From NCBI GenBank assembly GCA_021648485.1, contig JAKISS010000001.1, positions 2,650 to 66,649 of the forward strand: DNA of 64,000 nucleotides, read 5' to 3'. Below, one piece after another: positions 52,523 to 60,629 of the stretch (position 1 is the first letter of the stretch; the number at the start of each line of letters is the position of its first letter). The DNA is from Gammaproteobacteria bacterium. Lineage in GTDB: Bacteria; Pseudomonadota; Gammaproteobacteria; SZUA-152. The position numbers were made by a program, and so were the translations under genes. Under the pieces are notes generated by a model, which was not told the DNA's origin, searched no databases, and saw nothing but the letters and a program-made list of their open reading frames with translations.

Positions 52523-53853
52523 AACGCACATTATTTTTGCAGCATGCCGTTTATTGTTTGTTGTTGTTATCCAGTCTGGCGATGTCCAGCGTTGTTTTGG
52601 CTGAAGGAGATCATGACGATCTTGATGATTTTTCTGGCATTGAAATGGAAGATAGTCACGAAAGCCATGGTGATGAAGGTCATCAGCATCAAAAAGAAGG
52701 CCATGGCCATGAAGATGATGGCCATGAAGAAAAAGGGCATGACCATGGTGATCATGACGAGGGCGGTCATGATGAAAGTGGTCATGATGAAAGTGGTCAT
52801 GACGAAGGTGACGATGGTCACGGTCATGGCGAAGTTGCAAGCGACGCTGAATTGAATGATGTTCAGCGCCGTTTAGCAGGCGTTGAAACCATGGCTGTAA
52901 AACATCAGTCACTGGGTGATGCAATTACCGCACCTGGTGAGGCAATGCTGAATGCCTACCGTACCACCAGAGTAACGCCACGCACACCTTCTCAGGTGAC
53001 AGAGCGCCATGTGCGACTGGGTGATCATGTTAAAAAGGGTCAGCGGTTGGTAACGCTTTCCAGTGTGGAAATGGCTGAGGCACAGGGCGCACTGATGGAA
53101 GCTAATGTAGAACTGCGTCGTGTCACAAAACTGGGGCGAAAGGTGGTTTCTGAAAAACGCTTTGTGGCGGCACAAATTGCCTATCAGCTCGCGTATGCCA
53201 GAGTCAGTGCTTACGGTATGGCGAAAAAGCAAATTCAGTCTTTGCTGAAAACCGGGGATGCCACCCGTGCGACGGGTGAATTTCATCTGGTTTCATTACA
53301 GGATGGCACGGTAATCAGTGATGATTTTGTTGTGGGTGAATTAATTGATCCGGGTTATGTGTTAATGACCATCAGTGATGAGTCGGTGCTTTGGATCGAA
53401 GCTAGGTTAACTCCTGAAGATGCAGCACGCACTGTTCTGGGAGCAGTGGCTCGCGTTCAGGTGGGCAAACGCTGGATTGCAGGCAAGGTTGCACAGGCTA
53501 GCCATACCCTTGACGAGACGACACGTACGCTGGCAGTGCATATTGAAATTGCTAATCGCAATGAAGTTGTTCACCCCGGTCAGTTTGTTAGCGTTTTTAT
53601 TGAAGGCAATAAAAAACAGCAAGGTATTGCTGTGCCGATAGAAGCGGTATTACGTGGCCCTGATGGTGACTGGCAGGTGTTTGTGGAAACCGCACCGGGA
53701 CGTTTTGAGCCCAAAGAAATTACCGTGTTGAGCACCCTGGGTGACCAGATGTTGGTAGAAGGTATTGCTGAAGGCACCACCATCGTGAGCAAAGGTGCAT
53801 TCTTCGTGCAGTCCGAAATGGCCAAGGGCGGATTTGATCCGCATAACCATTAA
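52519..53853 (+). CDS. czcB: RND periplasmic adaptor (CzcB-like) with long His/Asp/Glu-rich N-terminal region
   Basis: 'EGDHDDLDD...HESHGDEGHQHQKEGHGHEDDGHEEKGHDHGDHDEGGHDESGHDESGHDEGDDGHGHGE' followed by an MFP core. Includes 15-bp repeats at 52765-52809. Confidence 0.85.
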   Translation: MKRTLFLQHAVYCLLLLSSLAMSSVVLAEGDHDDLDDFSGIEMEDSHESHGDEGHQHQKEGHGHEDDGHEEKGHDHGDHDEGGHDESGHDESGHDEGDDGHGHGEVASDAELNDVQRRLAGVETMAVKHQSLGDAITAPGEAMLNAYRTTRVTPRTPSQVTERHVRLGDHVKKGQRLVTLSSVEMAEAQGALMEANVELRRVTKLGRKVVSEKRFVAAQIAYQLAYARVSAYGMAKKQIQSLLKTGDATRATGEFHLVSLQDGTVISDDFVVGELIDPGYVLMTISDESVLWIEARLTPEDAARTVLGAVARVQVGKRWIAGKVAQASHTLDETTRTLAVHIEIANRNEVVHPGQFVSVFIEGNKKQQGIAVPIEAVLRGPDGDWQVFVETAPGRFEPKEITVLSTLGDQMLVEGIAEGTTIVSKGAFFVQSEMAKGGFDPHNH

Positions 53854-53880
53854 TCTACTGACTCAAGGAGAATAAACATC

Positions 53881-56800
53881 ATGTTAAATCGTTTAATCGA
53901 CTGGTCAGTTGCCAACCGTTTACTGGTTGTGATTGGCCTGCTGGCGCTAATGGCGTCGGCAACACTTATTATACCGAAACTGAATCTGGATGCATTTCCA
54001 GATGTGACTAATGTGCAGGTATCCATTAACACCGAAGCCCCTGGTCTGGGCGCAGAAGAAGTTGAGCAATTAATTACCTTTCCCATTGAGGCGGTAATGT
54101 ATGCGTTGCCGGATGTAGAGCAGGTGCGCTCCATATCAAAAACAGGTTTGTCAGGTATCACCGTGGTTTTCAAGGAAGGGAAAGATATTTATTTTGCCCG
54201 ACAGTTGGTTTTTGAACGTTTACAGTCGGCCAAAGAACTGATACCCGAAGGCGTTGGTACACCCGAAATCGGCCCGAATACGTCTGGACTGGGACAGGTC
54301 TACCAATATCTCATGGTGGCCGATGCAGAGTCCGGCCTTGATGCCATGGCATTGCGCAGCCTTAATGACTGGGTGGTCAAACTGTTACTGATGCCGGTAG
54401 ACGGCGTGACCGATGTTTTATCCTTCGGGGGTGATGTCCGGCAGTATCAGGTGAATTTGAATCCTTCCCGATTGCTTGCTTACGGCTTACGTCAGCAGGA
54501 TGTGATTGATGCTTTGGAAAACAATAACTCTAACGCGGGCGGCTGGTATATGGACCGTGGTCAGGAGCAGTTAGTTATTCGTGGCATTGGCTGGCTGAGC
54601 CATGATGAAAAAGGCTTAGAAGAGCTACGCCAGATTCCATTGAAAACGGTGGATGGTACCGTTGTTACCATCGCGCAGGTTGCCACGGTAGAGCTGGGTA
54701 GTGAAATACGCCAGGGTGCGGTCACGATGACACGTCGTGATGCTCAGGGGCAGCCGGAGGCATTGGGTGAAGTGGTTGCCGGTATTGTTTTGAAACGTAT
54801 GGGTTCAAATACCAAAAGTACTATTGACGGCATCAACAGTCGTATCGCATTGATCCAACAGGCTTTGCCAGAAGGTGTTCGATTCGAAGCATTTTATGAT
54901 CAGGCAGATTTAATTACGCAAGCAGTTAAAACGGTGGTCGATGCCTTATTGTTGGCGTTTGTTTTCATCGTTGTAGTGTTGGCGCTGTTTTTGATGAACC
55001 TGAGCGCGACGTTTCTGGTATTAATATCAATCCCGATCTCCATTGGCATCGCGTTGATGATCATGGCCTGGTTTGGATTGTCCGCAAACCTCATGTCATT
55101 GGGGGGAATAGCCGTGGCCATTGGCATGTTGGTGGACGGCTCGGTGGTTATGGTGGATAACATGTTCAAGCATCTGGCCCATCCCGATGCTGAACATGAC
55201 AAAGAACGCAGGGCACTGCTGAGTGCGGATGATGTTGATCCTCATGATGTCGTGCATGACCAAACCGGTATTGCCTTACGACTGCAAATTGCTGGCAAGG
55301 AAGTCGTGCGTCCCATATTTTTTGCGACCTCGATTATCCTCGTGGTGTTTTTGCCCCTGTTCAGTTTTGAAGGGGTAGAGGCAAAATTATTTCAACCCAT
55401 GGCCATCAGCATTATGTTGGCCATTGTGTCAGCGGTATTCGTTGCGCTCATCATTGTTCCGGCATTGGCGACCTACCTGTTTCGACATGGCATACGTGAA
55501 AGAGAAAGCCCTTTTTTAAAGCCGCTTGATACACTTTATCGTCGTGGTTTGCGTTGGGCATTGAGAAAAACCAAAGTGGTGGTGGGTTTTGCCTTGGTTT
55601 TGTTGATTGGCGCACTGGCTGTGGTACCGCTACTGGGTACAGAGTTTGTTCCGGAGCTGGAAGAAGGCACCATCAATCTGCGAGTTACTCTGGCACCGAC
55701 GGCCAGTCTGGACACAGCGCTGACCGTCGCACCCAAACTGGAAGCCATGCTGCTGGAATTTCCGGAAGTGATTTATGCATTGAGTCGCATCGGCAGACCT
55801 GAAATTGGTGGTGACCCGGAACCGGTCAATAATATCGAAATCTACATTGGCCTGAAACCCGTCAGCGAATGGACGAGTGCCGATAACCGGCAAGCCTTGC
55901 AAGGTTTGATGGAGCAGAAACTGGAACAACACCCCGGTTTGTTGTTGAATTTTTCTCAGCCCATTGCCACACGGGTTGATGAATTATTATCAGGTGTCAA
56001 AGCACAGCTTGCCATTAAACTGTTTGGACCGGATCTGGCAGTCCTTGCAGAGAAAGGGCAGGCCATCGAAAAAGTGATACAGGGCATTGATGGCGCGAAA
56101 GATGTGGCCATGGAGCAGATTGTAGGTGAAGCACAATTAGTGGTACGCCCGGACAGAAATCAACTGTCGCGTTACGGGTTGGCGGTGGGTGATGTGATGG
56201 CTCTCGTAAGCGATGGCCTGGGTGGACGTGCAGCCGGACAAATCATCAACGGTAATGAACGTTATGATATCTATGTTCGACTGGCGGAAGTCTATCGTGC
56301 CGACGCTAATGCCATTGCCAATTTGCGCTTGCAATCACCCACCGGACAATGGGTTCGTCTGGGCGATGTTGCACAAATCAGCATTGAATCCGGGCCGCCC
56401 CAGGTACGACGCGACGATGTGCAACGGCGTGTTGTCATTCAGGCCAATGTACAGGGACGCGACATGGGCAGTGTCGTTGCTGACATTCGAGCCGCCATTG
56501 ATACGCAAGTGTCCTTGCCAGCAGGGTATTCCGTGGACATTGGTGGGCAGTTCGAAAATCAGCAGCGCGCGCAAAAGCGCCTGAGCATGGTAGTCCCCCT
56601 GTCACTTGCCCTGATTGCTTTACTGTTATATTTTGCCTTCAAATCGGTAGGGCAGGCGATGCTGATTCTGGTCAACGTACCGCTTGCGGTTATTGGCGGA
56701 GTATTCTCACTGTACCTTTCCGGGCAATACCTTTCTGTACCCAGCTCCATTGGTTTTATTACCCTGTTTGGTGTTGCCGTACTCAACGGTGTTGTGATGG

Positions 56801-57084
56801 TAGAAAGTATCAACCAGCGTATTGCTGATGGACTTTCCATGGATGATGCTATCTTTAACGGAGCAACGTCACGCCTGCGCCCGGTGTTGATGACAGCGAT
56901 TACCTCCGCACTGGGTTTAATACCCATGTTGATGTCAACCGGTGTCGGCGCGGAAATCCAGAAACCACTGGCGACCGTTATTGTCGGGGGATTACTGACA
57001 GCAACATTCTTAACCCTGTTTGTGTTGCCGACGCTTTTTTCATGGTTTTCCAAAGGTAAATTCAGTGATATGAGAAAAGTATAA
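53881..57084 (+). CDS. czcA: heavy-metal efflux RND pump (CzcA/HME family, atypical TM4 motif)
   Basis: 1067 aa with RND topology. The TM4 motif is 'AIGMLVDGSVVMVDN' (nt 55117-55161). It is followed by a CDF gene. Confidence 0.85.
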   Translation: MLNRLIDWSVANRLLVVIGLLALMASATLIIPKLNLDAFPDVTNVQVSINTEAPGLGAEEVEQLITFPIEAVMYALPDVEQVRSISKTGLSGITVVFKEGKDIYFARQLVFERLQSAKELIPEGVGTPEIGPNTSGLGQVYQYLMVADAESGLDAMALRSLNDWVVKLLLMPVDGVTDVLSFGGDVRQYQVNLNPSRLLAYGLRQQDVIDALENNNSNAGGWYMDRGQEQLVIRGIGWLSHDEKGLEELRQIPLKTVDGTVVTIAQVATVELGSEIRQGAVTMTRRDAQGQPEALGEVVAGIVLKRMGSNTKSTIDGINSRIALIQQALPEGVRFEAFYDQADLITQAVKTVVDALLLAFVFIVVVLALFLMNLSATFLVLISIPISIGIALMIMAWFGLSANLMSLGGIAVAIGMLVDGSVVMVDNMFKHLAHPDAEHDKERRALLSADDVDPHDVVHDQTGIALRLQIAGKEVVRPIFFATSIILVVFLPLFSFEGVEAKLFQPMAISIMLAIVSAVFVALIIVPALATYLFRHGIRERESPFLKPLDTLYRRGLRWALRKTKVVVGFALVLLIGALAVVPLLGTEFVPELEEGTINLRVTLAPTASLDTALTVAPKLEAMLLEFPEVIYALSRIGRPEIGGDPEPVNNIEIYIGLKPVSEWTSADNRQALQGLMEQKLEQHPGLLLNFSQPIATRVDELLSGVKAQLAIKLFGPDLAVLAEKGQAIEKVIQGIDGAKDVAMEQIVGEAQLVVRPDRNQLSRYGLAVGDVMALVSDGLGGRAAGQIINGNERYDIYVRLAEVYRADANAIANLRLQSPTGQWVRLGDVAQISIESGPPQVRRDDVQRRVVIQANVQGRDMGSVVADIRAAIDTQVSLPAGYSVDIGGQFENQQRAQKRLSMVVPLSLALIALLLYFAFKSVGQAMLILVNVPLAVIGGVFSLYLSGQYLSVPSSIGFITLFGVAVLNGVVMVESINQRIADGLSMDDAIFNGATSRLRPVLMTAITSALGLIPMLMSTGVGAEIQKPLATVIVGGLLTATFLTLFVLPTLFSWFSKGKFSDMRKV

Positions 57085-57087
57085 ATT

Positions 57088-57966
57088 ATGGGGCATGAGC
57101 ATCATCACGATGTAGAAACCATGGGCGATCAGCGTTTGCTGATCGCCATTATCATTAACATGCTGCTGACACTGGCCCAGGTGGTTGGCGGTATTATTTC
57201 CGGCAGTTTGTCACTCATCGCCGATGCCTTGCACAACTTCAGTGATGCCAGCTCATTATTGATTGCCATGGTTGCGCGTAAAATTGGCCGACAACCGCCC
57301 GATGCCTTTAAAACCTTCGGCTACAAACGAGCCGAAGTGATTGCGGCTCTGATTAATCTGGTTACCCTGGTATTGATCGGGCTCTATCTCATTTACGAAG
57401 CACTATGGCGTTTTTACTCCCCACAAGAAATTGAAGGCTGGATAGTGGTTATTGTTGCCAGTGTTGCGCTGGTCATTGATGTGGCCACAGCGATGTTGAC
57501 GTACAGTATGTCAAAAAACAGCCTGAATATCCGTGCCGCCTTCTTGCATAACGTTTCTGATGCTTTGGCCTCTGTAGGAGTGATAGTGGCGGGCAGCCTT
57601 ATCTTACTCTATGGCTGGTACTGGACAGATACCGTGATGACACTGGCCATTGCAGGCTATGTTCTTTATCAGGCAGCCACCATGCTACCCCTGACCATAC
57701 ATATATTAATGCAAGGCACACCTGAAAACCTTACCATTGACGAAGTGATCAACGCCATGGAAAAAACGACAGGCGTGTGTAATGTGCACCATGTGCATGT
57801 CTGGCAGATTGATGAACATCAAATTGCATTGGAAGCACATGTCGTTATCACTGATTTCGCGCAAACGGAACAGGTCAAAAAAATATTGAAAACTGAACTT
57901 AAACAGCGCTTTTCCATCGCTCATTCCACGCTGGAATTTGAGGTTGTTCATTGCGAAGAATGTTGA
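57088..57966 (+). CDS. czcD: cation diffusion facilitator (CzcD/ZitB-type)
   Basis: N-terminal 'MGHEHHHD', six TM helices, 'SLIADALHNFSD' (the TM2 HxxxD site) and 'FLHNVSDAL' (TM5). There is a C-terminal cytoplasmic domain. Confidence 0.9.
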   Translation: MGHEHHHDVETMGDQRLLIAIIINMLLTLAQVVGGIISGSLSLIADALHNFSDASSLLIAMVARKIGRQPPDAFKTFGYKRAEVIAALINLVTLVLIGLYLIYEALWRFYSPQEIEGWIVVIVASVALVIDVATAMLTYSMSKNSLNIRAAFLHNVSDALASVGVIVAGSLILLYGWYWTDTVMTLAIAGYVLYQAATMLPLTIHILMQGTPENLTIDEVINAMEKTTGVCNVHHVHVWQIDEHQIALEAHVVITDFAQTEQVKKILKTELKQRFSIAHSTLEFEVVHCEEC

Positions 57967-58016
57967 AGAATGACACAGCGATGGCATGGGAAGAGTTGAT
58001 ATGATTTTGTTGATAT

Positions 58017-58035
58017 AACCCCGCTTCGGGGTTTT
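58017..58035 (+). terminator. rho-independent terminator after czcD
   Basis: AACCCCG-CTT-CGGGGTT followed by TT(C)T. It lies 50 nt after the stop codon. Confidence 0.65.
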
Positions 58036-58746
58036 CTACGAAACCGCTATTTGTGTAAGTCGCAAGAAAGCTGACATCGCTAATGCTGTTGTCCAGCATG
58101 TTGCTCGGCGCGGGAGAGGTGATTATCGTCCGTGTCTCTTTACGCTTGATTCGAGATAAAAGCATGAACTGTCGCTGTGCTGCCGCATCATTTACGATGG
58201 CCGTTAGATCACATGGCCTCGATGTCTTGTGCTATCTCGCCTTCAGTCTATGCCTCAGAATAAGTCCGTGCCTATGCTGGGCGTACACAAGCGCATTAAC
58301 GTTGACCGGTTTTACACGCCGCTTCGTTGCACTTCGTCCTGTGCAAAACCGCCAGGTTATGCAAGGCAGGGTGTAAAAATAAAAAATTGAAGGTGGACTT
58401 TCAGGTTTGTTTTTTGTTAACTTAACCATATTATTTTTCAACAAGCACTTTAAAACAAGTTGATTTTTTTGGTATTTTATGTAAGTGAGTGCTTTTTTAA
58501 AGTTAATCACCATCGTCAATTGTCTGGTTGCATGTGATTCGCAACATTAAACCTGGCAGAAAAGATTACTCCGCTAATCGGACGCAATATTTAAGGGATT
58601 GAAAATTATGCTTCAGCGTGCAGTCAGATTTTTATAGTCAAAAGCACAAGCGGAGGTGGTTTGCCAAAATGCACTGTGTTATCGTATTTAGCCGTGGCTA
58701 ATAACACATTATGTGGGCTGTAAAACTGCGCCTTTCTTTCAGTCTG

Positions 58747-58783
58747 TTGTGCAGTCAGTTAATCCATTGTGCAGTCAGTTAAT
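58747..58783. repeat. 20-bp-period direct repeat (TTGTGCAGTCAGTTAAT x2) upstream of the methyltransferase gene
   Basis: Read directly. Two 17-nt identical cores spaced 20 bp apart, 44 bp upstream of the ATG at 58827. Confidence 0.8.
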
Positions 58784-58826
58784 TCAAACGTTAGGCTAAT
58801 GTATACCATACAAAACTGGGAAAGTA

Positions 58827-59606
58827 ATGACAAAAAGACATCGAATACAATTTCCGAAAGATGAATCAATCAGCCTCAATCAAGACGAAGCCTATTTCTA
58901 CCTTCAAGGGTCGAGTGGCGAGAGAAAAATAAGGTTTCATGACTACGATGAAATTTATCAAGTGCCAGGCCTGTATGAACAAGTATTTTATGATCGTCTT
59001 AAATGCACATCTCCAAGTAAAGTAGCATCAATTCTCGAGTCGGCGGTAAAACAGTATCAAAATAACTTTACTGAGCTTCGTATATTAGACTTAGGTGCGG
59101 GCAATGGCATGATGGGAGAAGAGCTAAAAAAACAAGGAGTCTCCCGCTTAATAGGCGTAGATATAATTACCGAAGCTTATGATGCAACGATTCGAGATAG
59201 ACCGGGAATCTATGACGCATACTATGTTGAGGATTTCACCAGGCTAGACAAGGATAAAAAGGAAGAAATAGCATCATGGCAATGTGATTGTATGGTAACG
59301 GTTGCGGCGCTTGGTTTCGGTGACATTCCAACGAAGGCATTTTTAGAAGCATTTAATATAGTCAAAAATAAAGCGTGGGTGGCCTTTAATATTAAGGATA
59401 CTTTTTTTGATATTGGCGATGAATCAGGGTTTTCAAAAATGATCAGGGAATTAATTTTTTCGAAATATCTTGATATTTATTACATCGAACGTTATCGACA
59501 TAGGTTATCAATTGAAGGCGAGCCACTGTACTATTTCGCAATAACAGGATGGAAGACATCAGATGTACCTGATGATTTTTTGGAGGAAAAAGGCATCATA
59601 ACTTAG
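58827..59606 (+). CDS. class I SAM-dependent methyltransferase (orphan, AT-rich)
   Basis: Motif I 'ILDLGAGNGMMGEEL', motif II 'LIGVDI'. The gene is much more AT-rich than its neighbours. Confidence 0.7.
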   Translation: MTKRHRIQFPKDESISLNQDEAYFYLQGSSGERKIRFHDYDEIYQVPGLYEQVFYDRLKCTSPSKVASILESAVKQYQNNFTELRILDLGAGNGMMGEELKKQGVSRLIGVDIITEAYDATIRDRPGIYDAYYVEDFTRLDKDKKEEIASWQCDCMVTVAALGFGDIPTKAFLEAFNIVKNKAWVAFNIKDTFFDIGDESGFSKMIRELIFSKYLDIYYIERYRHRLSIEGEPLYYFAITGWKTSDVPDDFLEEKGIIT

Positions 59607-59848
59607 CAAACGCAGTAGAGTCCGACAGGCCTCCGCAGCGCTTCGTTTGTGGCCTGGTGCCACGAGCCTTTGAAGACCAATGGGGTCAGAATGGAGTAAG
59701 GCCAAACTCGTTTGATTCTTAACCAAATCTGCCCCCATTGGTTTGCATGCCTAATACCAAATAAGCCAAGCCGTTCACAAAGTTTTCGTAATTCCTTAGC
59801 AGTTCCCGCTCAAACCCCGGAGGGTTTATAAATAAAATTTAGCTCCCC

Positions 59849-59888
59849 GCTGTTTCATGTGGGTAGATGCTGTTTCATGTGGGTAGAT
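59849..59888. repeat. perfect 20-bp tandem duplication (GCTGTTTCATGTGGGTAGAT x2)
   Basis: Read directly. It overlaps the 3' end of the transposase fragment. Confidence 0.9.
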
Positions 59889-60073
59889 CGAACTCCAGTT
59901 TTTGCCAAAGTAAGATAAGCCATAGCAATAAAATTTCGATTACTTCTATAATCTCTAGCCTGGCTCTTAGCGGATTGAATTAAACTGTTCATCCCTTCAA
60001 GTAGTGCGTTAGTTAAGTAACTGTCCATCCAGTTCAACACACTATCCCAGTGCCGTTTAATAGTTTTTCTGTT
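59855..60073 (-). pseudogene. C-terminal fragment (~72 aa) of a DDE transposase, ISL3-like
   Basis: 'TIKRHWDSVLNWMDSYLTNALLEGMNSLIQSAKSQARDYRSNRNFIAMAYL' fits the ISL3-family C-terminal pattern TN...EG.N..I...K..ARGYR...NF. The family call is from memory. There is no N-terminal part, and an upstream in-frame stop lies at 60074-60076. Confidence 0.6.
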
Positions 60074-60107
60074 TTAATCATCGGTTCAAGGCGACTTGTG
60101 GGTGCCT

Positions 60108-60420
60108 TGTGTGAACATCGTAAAAGCCGTCCTCACGGTTTTGTTAGCGGGCGCAACGGCACACATTTCTTACCCTTACGTTCAACCAGAGCCTGTATCC
60201 ATGGCACGGTTTCCCGTGCCAAAACACCTGACAAACAAACTGATGAACGCCCAAAACCAGGAAGGCTTGCGTGTTTTCGGGATAACCGTCCTTGGCTATT
60301 GGCCTTCCTCCGTGATGGAGCGCATTTGCTAAACGGTATGCCGTGGTAACACGAAGGTTTCGACTTGAATGGGGCAGCAATGTATTTCGTATCGTCAGCA
60401 TTTCCAAAGTATTGGGAATA
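60108..60420. other. GC-rich, self-complementary non-coding segment (possible structured-RNA or group II intron 5' fragment)
   Basis: Three mutually overlapping ORFs in different frames, which is typical of non-coding GC-rich sequence. Long-range complementarities such as CAGGAAGGC...GCCTTCCTC and CACGG...CCGTG. The segment begins 'GTGTGAAC...GTAAAAGCCGTCC', reminiscent of intron 5' ends. Confidence 0.25.
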
Positions 60421-60629
60421 TTAAAGTTTTCTCCTCGGTTACCGCCTTAATCTGATGTAAATCTCTTTGTCTGACAGTGCGTGGCTTATATTGCAGGGGA
60501 TGAGTAAAAGATAAATAAATCAACTGGTTATATGGTTATCATTGTTCGGTGGAAAGAGATTTTCAGGCTGAAAATAACTGATTGGGGCATTCTAAAGCAG
60601 AAAAACAGATAAAAATACGGGAAAATTTA

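Noticed and set aside
52514-52924. Several ORFs (52514-52924 minus, 52544-52855 plus, 52567-52827 minus) overlapping the 5' end of the czcB-like gene.
   Set aside because: They fall in the low-complexity GAT/CAT/GAA repeat region that encodes the His/Asp/Glu-rich N-terminus. Their translations are repetitive nonsense (H/F/M runs). The czcB frame continues into a recognisable MFP core.
58303-58320. 'TTGACC' immediately followed by 'GGTTTTACAC', which looks like the two MerR-type promoters with the 17-bp operator core deleted.
   Set aside because: The match is only 16 nt in two blocks and could arise by chance. Without a spacer it cannot be a promoter, and no gene follows. It is noted only as a possible deletion scar.
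60050-60407. Three overlapping ORFs (60050-60349 +, 60096-60332 +, 60144-60407 -).
   Set aside because: They are mutually overlapping in different frames and on both strands within a GC-rich, self-complementary segment. The translations are Arg/Pro/Gly-rich with no domains. I treat the segment as non-coding, possibly structured RNA.
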